Assembly: GCA_046483985.1 (NCBI GenBank)
Contig: JAWOCD010000080.1
Location: 1 to 64,000 of the forward strand
Source: Promethearchaeia archaeon
Lineage (GTDB): Archaea > Asgardarchaeota > Lokiarchaeia > Sigyniarchaeales > SOKP01
Direction: 5' to 3'
Length of the DNA stretch: 64,000 nucleotides
Shown: in pieces, positions 8,812 through 18,523 of the stretch
Layout of the letters: every line of letters begins with the position of its first letter
How positions within the stretch are numbered: position 1 is the first letter of the stretch
Made by a program: the position numbers and the translations under genes
Notes under the pieces: model-generated
What the model saw: the letters and a program-made list of their open reading frames with translations, nothing else
The model's database searches: none
Told to the model about the DNA's origin: nothing

Positions 8812-11800
8812 CTAAGTTTCTTTTACTTGAGCTTGGTTTTCATCCACATCAAGTAACCTTTTAGCCTCTTTTTGTAAATTCACGCTGAAAATATCGGTAA
8901 TTCCGCTTTTCTGCATCGAAACCCCATAAATCCTGTCCGCATTAACAATATTCTCTTCACGATGACTTATCACCAAGAACTGAGCATCAGAAGCAAACTC
9001 TTTTATAAGCATGCTAACTCTATGTACATTTGGACCATCTAAAGCGGCGTCTATTTCATCCATAACGTAGAACGGAGCAGGATAAAACTCCTGGACCGCA
9101 AAAATAAAGGAGAGGGCAACAAGGGTTTTTTCGCCACCGCTGAGGATTTCCAATGAACTTATCTTCTTTCCACGGGGTCGTGCTTCGATAGAGATCCCTC
9201 CCTCGAAAGGTTTATCGGGACGATCTAAAATCATCTTCGCAGAGCCTCCCGGCGAAAGTTTCTGAAATATTTTAGAGAAATCACGATTGATATCATGATA
9301 GGCTTTCATAAAGGTTCGAGTCTTTTCTAATTCAATTTTCTCTATTGCATCAAGAATGGATTTACGTTCTCTTTGAATGGCTTGCCGTCTCATATCTATC
9401 TCATCGAACCTCTCCTTGACCTGATCATATTGGTCAATAGCCTTTAGATTTACTGGTTCCAAGGATTTCTTTTTCTTGGTAGCAACAGCGATATCGGACT
9501 GTAAGCCCTCTTCGGAAAGCTCATCAGTAACTGGGGGAAGAGCTCCATAATCTTTTGATCGCTCATATAAGGTTTCAATTTGATCAGTTGTAATTATTTT
9601 TTTCTGTTCAGAATTTGATAATTTTGATTTTTCCAGTGATAAATCGGATTTGAGATTAGAAATTTTCTTCTGGAAACTCTTTTGTTTCTGCCAAGATTCA
9701 TCTTTTTTCTCTGTGAGGTCGTCAATTTCCTTTTGTTTCTTCTCTTTTTCTGAGACTCTTGATTCCAACTCTTCTTCAATTTGGGCAATCTCATCAGTTA
9801 TTAGGGTCACCTTATTTTCATTTTCTTTAATCTCTTGGGTTAATGAAACGATTTTTTGTTCTCTTTCTTTATTTTTATTGAGTTCATTTAAACGTTTTTG
9901 AACTTTTTGAACGTCTTTATTGAGTTTATTTAATTGTTTTTGGGCAGCTTTTTGTGCAGATAATTCTTCGTCTTTTTCTGCTCTAAGGGAATCAATTACT
10001 TCTTGTTTCGCGTCCACCTTTTCTTGGATTTCCGCAACTTCCGCATCGAATTTTTCGATCTCCATATTGTATTGTTCAATATTTTCTCTGGCTTCCTTTA
10101 CTTCCTTCTCAAGTTCTTCGATATTATTGATAATCCGGGAGATATTCTCAAATGCTCGAATCTTATCCAATACTTTTTCTAAATTCTCATTTTCATCATC
10201 AATTTTTTGATTAATAGCCTCGGTTTTTTCCCAATAATTCTCCTTCTCTTGAGAGAGTTTCTCAATCTTTCTATTAATCTCATCTTTCTCAGAATGAATT
10301 TTCTGAACCTTTTCCTCTGTATTTATAAGAACTTTCTTTTTCTCCTCTATTGCTTCCTGTAATTCTTCTTGTTGGGTGTGAATATCTTCAATGGAAGAGT
10401 ATAAGTTTTCAATTCCCTTTAGTTCTTGTAGCTTTTCTTGCGTAGATTTAAGGTCTGCTTGCACCTTTTCTATGTCTTCTTTTATTTCGGATGACCTATC
10501 CCAATATTTCTCTTTCAGCTGTTTCAGCCCATCAATCTTTTTCCCAATTTTTTCCTTCTCTGCAGTTTTTTCTTTAATAGTTTTGTTACGTTTGTTAATT
10601 TCCTCCTCGAATTTATGGATTTTTTCATTTAAATCCTCGGTTCTCTCCTTAATCTCATCAATTCTTCTGTTTGCCTTTTCAAGCGAATCTAGGTCATGTT
10701 TATTCTCCATTTCTACGCCAGCAATTTTTTTCTCAACGGTATTTAACTGAGATTCTTGAGAATTGATATTTTCTGAGATATCCTCAAGTTGTTCATATAG
10801 GTCCTTACTCTTTGACATTGTCAATCTTCGCAGAGAGAGGTGGACATTCTCTAAGATCTCCATTAGATCTTGAACAAAATCATCAAAATCAGCAGTCGAG
10901 TTTTGGACTGCCACATCCGCAGACTCTTTTACTTTATCAATCAACTGCTCTATTGTGGATTCAGTATTTTCTGTGAATAATTTTAAGGTTTGCATACTTG
11001 AGTTAAGCATCGATACAGTTTCTGAATCTGGATCCTCTAAGTTGATATCTTCCAGAGGTTTCATAATATCGACAATATCTAATACAAACTCCCTAAAATC
11101 TTCTGCAGACTTTTCAATAGCTGCTGCATTTGATTGTTGGAGATTACCCTTGATGCCCTCAACAGAGACATTAATATTTTGGACAAGCATTTTGAGGATC
11201 TCTAAGATTCCTTTAATATCCTCTTTATTTTCTTCATATTCTTTTTCGGAACGTTCAATTCGTTTTAACAAACGCTTTTTCTCTAAGTTGAGATTCCTTA
11301 ACCGCCTATTTATATTTTTTTGCTTCTCTTTATAAGATGCGCGTTTGGACTTTCTTTTATCTACTTGTTTTTCTAACGCATTTGACTTTAATTTTAGGCT
11401 TTTTTCTTCTCTTGCTAATTGTTTTACTTCTTTTTGATATAAATTCAATTCTGTTTTTATATTATTTATTTTACTTTGATTAGACTTGATTTCGGTATCG
11501 AATGAGTCCTTTTTCATCTTAGCCACTTCAAATTTCTTTTCATTGCTTCTGAACTCATTCTCTTCCGATTTTAGGGCTTTTCGCAAATTCTTTATCTGCT
11601 TAGAATATTTTTCTTTTTCTTCAAGAAGTTCATTCAATACCTTTTCTGTGTCTTTCCCTTTGCTTAAGTTTTCTATTTTTTGTTTGATATTTGATTCTTT
11701 ATCTTTTAAATTTGAGAGGCGCTTTTTATTCATTGAGATTTCCGTGTTTTGAGAAGAGAGCAAGGATTTTAACTCCGAAAGTTTGTCATTTAACTCCGTT

Positions 11801-13263
11801 TTCTGCTCTTGATAATCAGAAATTTTACTTTCCAGCTCTTTTCTTTTATTACTTTCTTCTGTGATCTGATCTTTATATTTTTCAATCTTATCTCTTATTT
11901 CTGTTTCTTTTTTCTGAGCTTCTCTTTTGGCTTGTTCAATATCTTCTGCTTCGCCCTTTAAGTCTTTTAATTCCTTTTCCAGTTTAGATTTTTTCTGTTT
12001 ATTGTTTTTAATGTTTTTTTCAAGAACTTTAATTCTGGCATTATTGGAAGAGATTTTTTGTTTTACCTCAGAGATATTTGCTTTAAATTGGGCTTTTTCA
12101 TCTTCATTGCCCTTTATTTGTTCCTCTATCTCAGCTTGATTTTGTTGTCGCTTTTCAATTTCCTTATCTGTTGTTTTTATCTCTTTTTTGAAATCCGAGA
12201 TCTCCTTTTGAGTTTCCTCTATTAATGAGTTATACGTTTGCCCCTCTTCGAGTTCCATTTGTTGTTCTTCTAAATTCTTTCTATTTTGGGTTAATTTTTC
12301 AATTGAGTTTTTGGCGTGAGTTAGCGTTGTTTGTTTTGAAGATAATTCTGTTTTTAGGGTGGTTATTTGTTCACTTATTTGTTCTCTTTCCGATTCCCTA
12401 TCATTAATATTATTTTGTATTCCTTCCATAACGAGTGTTTCTTGTTTCAATAAACTTTCTTGATGCGCTATTTTTTCTTTTAGCTCCTCTATGATTGTAT
12501 TAGATTCCTTAATCTTCTTCTCTAATTCATCCTCTTTGCGTTGTAATTTAGATATTTTTAACGCAATTAACTGAGCATTATACTGGTTAATTTTCTCGTC
12601 TAATTCCTTCCATGCAAGGGCGTCATTCTTTTCTTTTTCAACCTTTTTCAGTTGTTTCGATACTTCTTTGAAGATCGCCTCAAATTGACCTAAATCTCTC
12701 TCTGCCTTGTCCAGCTCTTTCATTGTATCTTCTTTCATGTCATCGTATTTCTGCAAGCCAATTAAATCTTCAATAAAGACTCTTCTATCAATGGGATTCA
12801 TGTGTGTCAACTCCACAATTTTTCCTTGAAGGACAAATTGATTACTTCCTTCCGGATCAATATTAGCGCTTGCAAGAGCAGTAAGAATTTGCTTCCGTGT
12901 TGAAATCTTTCCGTTCATTTTATATTTATTGCCTTTATTTTTCCGTACTACTCTTGATATTTGAAATGTGTCACCACCACCAGGAAAGAGATTATCTGAA
13001 TTATCAAAATATAAGGTAACAGAAGCTTTATTGGCTGCTTTTTTGCCTTTGGCTCCAGCGAAAATCAGATCCTCTAACGTATCGGCCCTCATACTCTTTT
13101 TACTCAGACGCCCCAAGGCAAAAGTTAAAGCATCAATAATATTAGACTTACCTGCTCCATTAGGTCCGATAATACAAGTAAATCCGCTCGATAATTTAAC
13201 GGTGACCGTTCGATCGCCGAAGGATTTAAATCCTTTCATCGTAATCTTCTTGATATACGTCAC
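8812..13263 (-). CDS. smc: Chromosome segregation ATPase SMC (1483 aa, atypical central region)
   Basis: GFKSF, Walker A GPNGAGKS, Q-loop VLQG, signature LSGGEK, Walker B/D-loop YVMDEIDAALD, H-loop ISH and long coiled coils; GTG start. Confidence 0.95.
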   Translation of the reverse strand: MTYIKKITMKGFKSFGDRTVTVKLSSGFTCIIGPNGAGKSNIIDALTFALGRLSKKSMRADTLEDLIFAGAKGKKAANKASVTLYFDNSDNLFPGGGDTFQISRVVRKNKGNKYKMNGKISTRKQILTALASANIDPEGSNQFVLQGKIVELTHMNPIDRRVFIEDLIGLQKYDDMKEDTMKELDKAERDLGQFEAIFKEVSKQLKKVEKEKNDALAWKELDEKINQYNAQLIALKISKLQRKEDELEKKIKESNTIIEELKEKIAHQESLLKQETLVMEGIQNNINDRESEREQISEQITTLKTELSSKQTTLTHAKNSIEKLTQNRKNLEEQQMELEEGQTYNSLIEETQKEISDFKKEIKTTDKEIEKRQQNQAEIEEQIKGNEDEKAQFKANISEVKQKISSNNARIKVLEKNIKNNKQKKSKLEKELKDLKGEAEDIEQAKREAQKKETEIRDKIEKYKDQITEESNKRKELESKISDYQEQKTELNDKLSELKSLLSSQNTEISMNKKRLSNLKDKESNIKQKIENLSKGKDTEKVLNELLEEKEKYSKQIKNLRKALKSEENEFRSNEKKFEVAKMKKDSFDTEIKSNQSKINNIKTELNLYQKEVKQLAREEKSLKLKSNALEKQVDKRKSKRASYKEKQKNINRRLRNLNLEKKRLLKRIERSEKEYEENKEDIKGILEILKMLVQNINVSVEGIKGNLQQSNAAAIEKSAEDFREFVLDIVDIMKPLEDINLEDPDSETVSMLNSSMQTLKLFTENTESTIEQLIDKVKESADVAVQNSTADFDDFVQDLMEILENVHLSLRRLTMSKSKDLYEQLEDISENINSQESQLNTVEKKIAGVEMENKHDLDSLEKANRRIDEIKERTEDLNEKIHKFEEEINKRNKTIKEKTAEKEKIGKKIDGLKQLKEKYWDRSSEIKEDIEKVQADLKSTQEKLQELKGIENLYSSIEDIHTQQEELQEAIEEKKKVLINTEEKVQKIHSEKDEINRKIEKLSQEKENYWEKTEAINQKIDDENENLEKVLDKIRAFENISRIINNIEELEKEVKEARENIEQYNMEIEKFDAEVAEIQEKVDAKQEVIDSLRAEKDEELSAQKAAQKQLNKLNKDVQKVQKRLNELNKNKEREQKIVSLTQEIKENENKVTLITDEIAQIEEELESRVSEKEKKQKEIDDLTEKKDESWQKQKSFQKKISNLKSDLSLEKSKLSNSEQKKIITTDQIETLYERSKDYGALPPVTDELSEEGLQSDIAVATKKKKSLEPVNLKAIDQYDQVKERFDEIDMRRQAIQRERKSILDAIEKIELEKTRTFMKAYHDINRDFSKIFQKLSPGGSAKMILDRPDKPFEGGISIEARPRGKKISSLEILSGGEKTLVALSFIFAVQEFYPAPFYVMDEIDAALDGPNVHRVSMLIKEFASDAQFLVISHREENIVNADRIYGVSMQKSGITDIFSVNLQKEAKRLLDVDENQAQVKET

Positions 13264-13475
13264 TACTAATAACCCTTATTCACTCTTTTAAATATTCAAT
13301 ATATATATAAAAAAGTTCATTTTAATATATTTATTTCTTTTAGAAGCCAGATGCTAACGTCCATTTTTGTGAGAATGGAAATTTAAGAAGATTCTCTGAA
13401 ACGTACCTAGGGCATAGATAAGGGTAATTAAGCATTTCAATAAAGGAGTTAAGTAAAATTATTCAAAAATTTTGA

Positions 13476-14408
13476 ATAATTGAAACTCCACCTAGACCTT
13501 TAATTCAAGATTTAGATTCTCTGCCTATTCCTGCCTATGACCTCCTTCCAATGAAGGAATATACAAAAGCCTCAATTTTTTATCCTTACAGTGCTTCCAT
13601 TAATCATAGTCGTGGATGCATAGGAAACTGTAAATTTTGTTCTTGCTGGATCCATATGGCTAAACATAAACTGAAAAATGGAGAGGTTAAGAGATATCCT
13701 AAATACAGGAGCGAAAGCCCTGAAAAGACTGTAGAGAAAGTCGATTTGTTGGTAAATAAATACGGTGTGGAAGGCTTAGTGTGGGTCGATGATACATTTA
13801 ATTTAGACCCAGAATGGAATCGCAAGTTTTCAGAACTTATCATAGAACGTGGATTAGATAAGTTGCATTGGTGGGCTTTTCTTCGTGCAGATTTTATTGT
13901 GAGAGGTGAGAAATTAGGAATCTTCGAAAAAATGTATAGAGCCGGATTAGAGCACGCCTTAATAGGTGTAGAAAGATCTTCGGCTCTTGAAAGAGAAAAA
14001 GTTTCTAAGTCAAGATATTCACAGCAAATAGTTAAAAAAGCGTTTAAGATATTACGTGAGAAATATCCAAATATCTTCATTCAAGCGACCTTCTTAACGG
14101 GAACTCGAGAAGAAACTAGAGAAAGTATGTTAAAATTACTGGAATACGCAAAAGATCTCGGAGTAGATTATCCTTCATTTTATGCTATCACGCCAAATCC
14201 TGGAACCGATTTATGGTATGAGGCAAAAGAAAAAGGATGGATTGAAGTAGATGATTTCCGTCAATATGATTGGTTTTAAAATAATATTGAATAATATATT
14301 GGAGAAATTGGGGCTCCAAAAGATTGACCCAAATATCGCTGAGATGTCCGGTTACATGCATCTAAAGAGACCCAGTTGGTATAATTCTTAATTCCAGACA
14401 AATCTTAA
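13476..14408 (+). pseudogene. Truncated B12-dependent-type radical SAM gene (called ORF 13551..14279)
   Basis: CxxxCxxC (CIGNCKFC) is present. The in-frame upstream linker PRPLIQDLDSLPIPAYDLLP runs into a TGA with no cobalamin-binding domain. The ORF ends abruptly at YDWF*, and a C-terminal-looking remnant (…MHLKRPSWYNS…) follows. Confidence 0.7.
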
Positions 14409-14435
14409 TCGAAAAAGGTTTCAGTAAGAAAAAAA

Positions 14436-15635
14436 TTAGGAAGGGGAAAAGGTCGGATTTGAAAAAGAGGCATCCAGAATCCTTTTTAATTGATCTTTAT
14501 CAATAGTGATGAAGAATTTAGGGGATGAAGGGGTTCTATTTTTGGAAAGACTTAAGATTCCAATATTTTGGAGCATATTTAGTGCATTATGAAATTCATT
14601 TTTATTAAATGAATATTCAATTGACTCAGCAGAAAGGAGGTATAATTCTCGTAATTCTTTAAGGGTAATATAAAAAGATGAGCAATATTTAAAATGATTT
14701 GATAGATTATCTAAAAATAGGAGCATAAGGATATCTCTTTCTGAGAGAAACGATAATAAATTAAGTTCATCCGGAGAGAAAAATGTGTCGAGTTGAGTTT
14801 TAGAAATCCTTAAAATATCTGTTGGGGTATAGGTCTTTCTTTCGTTCAGATACGGATAAAGCCTTTTAAGAAGATCAATGCCTTTTCCAGGGACGGGAAC
14901 ATAATATTCGAATATCAAGTCGGTAAGAAATTCAATCAGTTCGTTATCAAGCGAAGAGGGGAATGCTAAATCGCACCGTTGCTTTAATATTTTATTTAAT
15001 TGATCATAGGAAAAATAATCGAGCTTATTCTTTAAATCAAAATCTTGAAGGAGATCTAAGGTAGAGGTTTGAAGAATTTTATTCACCGTGGATAAAATCG
15101 GTATTTTTGCTTCTTTTCCGTACTGAAGGATTTTCCTAAAGGTTTTTTCACTTAAACCGTCAATATTCGTAAATATGATGAGAACATCGTTATCGTGTTT
15201 TCTCAAAGCAAGTTTGAAGGTGGTCCACAGACTTGTTAATTCAGAATTGAGGTAGCGATTAACATCAATATTACAAGGAAACTTTTTGTTTACATCTATT
15301 AAGAGCGAATATAATACTTCTTCAATCGTTTTATTCAAGCAGTTTATATTAATAACAGATAAATCAGGATTTCGGTTTTTTCTAAGAAAGAGTTCATCTA
15401 TCACTTTAATGATGAGAGATTTTTTTCCGATCCCACTAATTCCTTGATATAATATATTAATGGAGAAATCATCCAATAGAGAATCGTTTAAGAGGGTCCC
15501 TAAAGCTTTCTCTTCTTTCTTTCTATATAATAACTTCGGAGGCACAAAGTTAGGATCGAACAACGCTTTAGGACCAACAAACATATCATTTTTTATTTTA
15601 TTTTGAATCGTTTTTAAAATCACCAAACTTATCAC
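14436..15635 (-). CDS. Orc1/Cdc6-like AAA+ protein with degenerate ATPase motifs; probable start ATG 15584
   Basis: LFDPNFVPPKLLYR N-terminus, GISGIGKK Walker A-like motif, YFSYDQLNKILKQR..LAF lid motif and a C-terminal winged-helix-like region. Confidence 0.8.
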   Translation of the reverse strand: MISLVILKTIQNKIKNDMFVGPKALFDPNFVPPKLLYRKKEEKALGTLLNDSLLDDFSINILYQGISGIGKKSLIIKVIDELFLRKNRNPDLSVININCLNKTIEEVLYSLLIDVNKKFPCNIDVNRYLNSELTSLWTTFKLALRKHDNDVLIIFTNIDGLSEKTFRKILQYGKEAKIPILSTVNKILQTSTLDLLQDFDLKNKLDYFSYDQLNKILKQRCDLAFPSSLDNELIEFLTDLIFEYYVPVPGKGIDLLKRLYPYLNERKTYTPTDILRISKTQLDTFFSPDELNLLSFLSERDILMLLFLDNLSNHFKYCSSFYITLKELRELYLLSAESIEYSFNKNEFHNALNMLQNIGILSLSKNRTPSSPKFFITIDKDQLKRILDASFSNPTFSPS

Positions 15636-15764
15636 TCTTTTTCAAATAGATATTTAAACCCCACAGAGAGGGGGGTGATTCAAAGTAAAAATAAAATCAT
15701 AACTCTATCCAGTAAAAAAAATTACTCTATGTTTCTAAGACAAGAAAAACAGAATATCTCAATT

Positions 15765-16727
15765 CTATTCGAATGTTTCCAGTACATTTCTTAATTTTTT
15801 GGCTAATATCGGTAAATACTCGTAAGATTTCTTTTTAATTCGTTTGTTAAGGCAAAGCGTCACTAAATAAAGTCGCTCTTCCTCGATATCCAACTTTCTT
15901 AAGAAAATTAGACCCTCTCTATTTGTTTCTTCTGTTTCAGTTGGAAATCTAACGTTAGTAACGATGTCTATTGTCTTAATCTCCCATTCTTCTAATTTTT
16001 CGATTGCCCTTGTCAAGCGGGGAGCCACAGATTCACATGTTTTTTGGTAGTATTCTTTAGTAGCACGACTTGCTAAAATAAAACTATGGATATCCAATAA
16101 AACGGCAGCACTATTAAAAGTGGTGGTCATATATTCTTTAAGAAGAGTATGGAGCAGTTCTGCTTTTGGTGATAGGGAAATAACTCCCTCTGAAAAGGCT
16201 CTAAGTATTGTTTCCTCGTTATAGATTGATGTCTCGTAATAAATAGGCCTAAATCTTTCCAGTACTTCAATCTGCGATAATTTCGTCTTTAAATTCTCAA
16301 TATCTTCCCGGAATTCTTCATTATGTTTTAAATCCGGGTCACATTTATGGAGTAAAATTAAAAATTTTATATTTTCATTATTCTGCTCAAATACAATATT
16401 GGCTATTTCTCTGAGATAACCTATTGCTTCAGAATATCTTTCGCTATCTTGGACATCAATGATAAAATAGATAGTCTTGAGATCTGCAAAATATTTATCT
16501 TTCTTTGAAAGATATATCTCCCGATAATTCTTTTGTCCTCCCAAGTCCCAAGTAGAGACGTTTAAGCCTAGCAAAGAGATTGATGTAGTGGAGACATCAG
16601 CCTTTTTAGTGGGAGATAATTTATTCATTAAGCTGAATTTTCTGTCAAGAAGTAAAAGGATAGAAGTTTTTCCTCCATTATCAAGCCCACAAAAAACCAC
16701 TTTTTCTTTTTCTGCTATGTTTTCCAT
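15765..16727 (-). CDS. Rag/Arf-like small GTPase with a C-terminal roadblock-like domain
   Basis: G1 GLDNGGKTS, G3 WDLGGQ, G4 HKCD, G5 ETSIY; ~130-aa alpha/beta C-terminal domain; GGAGG upstream. Confidence 0.9.
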   Translation of the reverse strand: MENIAEKEKVVFCGLDNGGKTSILLLLDRKFSLMNKLSPTKKADVSTTSISLLGLNVSTWDLGGQKNYREIYLSKKDKYFADLKTIYFIIDVQDSERYSEAIGYLREIANIVFEQNNENIKFLILLHKCDPDLKHNEEFREDIENLKTKLSQIEVLERFRPIYYETSIYNEETILRAFSEGVISLSPKAELLHTLLKEYMTTTFNSAAVLLDIHSFILASRATKEYYQKTCESVAPRLTRAIEKLEEWEIKTIDIVTNVRFPTETEETNREGLIFLRKLDIEEERLYLVTLCLNKRIKKKSYEYLPILAKKLRNVLETFE

Positions 16728-16751
16728 TTAAATATCCTCCTTTTAGTCTTT

Positions 16752-17567
16752 TTATTCGGGAACCTTTTTAACTTTAATTTGATCTTGGTCAACTTTCTCA
16801 TTTAATCTATGTTTTCTTAGCTTTCTTGGAAATTCTAAATCAAAACTGTCGCAAACGAAGGCCCGAGAATTGAAAGGACCCTCTATGATCTTTAATTTTG
16901 AAGGAGTTAAAGGCCCTTTTAAGAATGATATTAACTGACTATTGCCGGGAAATGTTTTTTCTCCAATTTCCCCCAAAGTGTTACATGCTGCTACGGGAAT
17001 CCGGTTCTCTAATGCTCTTGCCCTGAGATAGATTTTCCAATTTTCAATCCCTTCTCTTCTTATTTGAGTGGGAGAAAACAATAAATCCGCGCCATTTTCT
17101 GCTGCTAATCGGGGAGTTTCATAAAATGCCATATCAAAGCAGATCAAAATAGCAAAATTATAAGCCCCCAATTTGAAAATCTTTATTTCTTTTCCTGAGG
17201 TGAAAAATTTTCGCTCATAGGTATAAAGATGTATTTTATTTTGACGCCCTATTTCCTCTCCTCTTTCGTTATAATAATAGCATGTAATGATTGGTTTTTC
17301 TAAATGATCTCTTTTTTCCCAGATGGCTCCGGAGATAACGTTAATAGAATATCGCTCTGCTAAGCGTTTGGCAAAAGTATAATCATCCCCTCGTTCTTTC
17401 TGGAGATTTGAATTCATATCCCCATTTAAGGGGACCCATCTCTCTGGCAAACAGACAATATCGCAATCACTGTGCTCTGCTAAGAGGTTCTTCAATATGT
17501 TTTCAATCTCTTGATAGCATTTCTCTCTGGTATTTAAAATCTTTGATTGAATACAAGCAATTTTCAT
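16752..17567 (-). CDS. Carbon-nitrogen hydrolase (nitrilase family)
   Basis: Catalytic triad motifs CLPE, KIHL and ICFD; ARALEN. Confidence 0.92.
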   Translation of the reverse strand: MKIACIQSKILNTREKCYQEIENILKNLLAEHSDCDIVCLPERWVPLNGDMNSNLQKERGDDYTFAKRLAERYSINVISGAIWEKRDHLEKPIITCYYYNERGEEIGRQNKIHLYTYERKFFTSGKEIKIFKLGAYNFAILICFDMAFYETPRLAAENGADLLFSPTQIRREGIENWKIYLRARALENRIPVAACNTLGEIGEKTFPGNSQLISFLKGPLTPSKLKIIEGPFNSRAFVCDSFDLEFPRKLRKHRLNEKVDQDQIKVKKVPE

Positions 17568-17576
17568 TTTTTATGA

Positions 17577-18317
17577 TTACTTTTGATTTAATTCATCTAT
17601 AATATCATGAATCTCTTCTAAGTGACTTATTTCATAATCTGGTGAAGTTTCTGGGGGTATCTGGACGTTGGTTTTATAGCTATCATATTTTCCTCCTCTA
17701 TGTATATAGACACTATGTATATTATTTAATAAAGCTGGAATTATATCCTTATCAATTCTATCTCCAATATATATAGTTTCTTCTCCTTTCACGCCAAACT
17801 TTTTTAAACAATGCGAAAATAATTTTGGATTTGGTTTTCTAACTCCAATTTCATCAGATACGACAATTAAATCTATGAGATGATCAATTTGAAGCCTTAG
17901 TATTTTTTCGTATTGTTTTATTGGTCGGCCATCCGTAATAATTGCGGTCTTTATGTTTGAATTGTTTAATCGCTTTAAACAAGGAATGACGTCATCAAAA
18001 ACACGGATTGAACTAATTTTTTCCTGATGATATGCCATAACCGCAGCTGCAATGAATTTAAATTGCTCAGAATAAGGAATCAATACTTTATCGTGTTCGA
18101 GTCGGTTATATCGTCTCAAAAAATAGTTGTAATGCTTTGAAGAATTGGACCCGTATTCTTTCACAATTTCTTTAATTATTTTTACGGCCTCGTTCCTCTC
18201 TATTTCTAAGCCTAAATCAATCATTGCGTCAATTCCCGCAATTCTCGCACGTTCAGACAGACTTGTGGAATCAAATAAACAATCATCCAGGTCAAAAGCG
18301 ACTAATTTAATTGTCAT
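17577..18317 (-). CDS. HAD-superfamily hydrolase (archaeal TIGR02253-like)
   Basis: FDLDD motif I, IITDG, KPNP and YIGDR..KDI. Confidence 0.92.
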   Translation of the reverse strand: MTIKLVAFDLDDCLFDSTSLSERARIAGIDAMIDLGLEIERNEAVKIIKEIVKEYGSNSSKHYNYFLRRYNRLEHDKVLIPYSEQFKFIAAAVMAYHQEKISSIRVFDDVIPCLKRLNNSNIKTAIITDGRPIKQYEKILRLQIDHLIDLIVVSDEIGVRKPNPKLFSHCLKKFGVKGEETIYIGDRIDKDIIPALLNNIHSVYIHRGGKYDSYKTNVQIPPETSPDYEISHLEEIHDIIDELNQK

Positions 18318-18523
18318 TTAAATCATTACGTTATTAGATATATCAGATATAATAAGTGGTATTTTTTCTCAATCCTTATTTAATCCTTAATTTAATATAT
18401 TTAAGATAGTTATAAGATAACTATAAGATAAATTTATTTTAAACAATTTATTAATTTTAAGATAGTAAATAATATATTAGAAATAATTCAATTAAATCAA
18501 TGCATTAATGTGGGAAGTAATAA

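Noticed and set aside
9594-13291. Many 60-126-aa Phe/Ser-rich ORFs overlapping smc
   Set aside because: Expected antisense or alternate-frame products of Lys/Glu-rich coiled-coil codons. The same applies to similar short ORFs elsewhere in the window.
13330-13470. Possible IS-end remnant upstream of smc
   Set aside because: No matching inverted repeat, target duplication or transposase fragment could be identified.
13473-13475. In-frame TGA before the radical SAM fragment as a possible selenocysteine codon
   Set aside because: The sequence upstream does not resemble a cobalamin-binding domain and no SECIS-like hairpin was seen.
15650-15730. Possible replication origin (G-string and TCCAGT..AAA) upstream of the cdc6-like gene
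   Set aside because: Only one weak ORB-like half match, a short intergenic region, no repeated ORBs, and a degenerate initiator.
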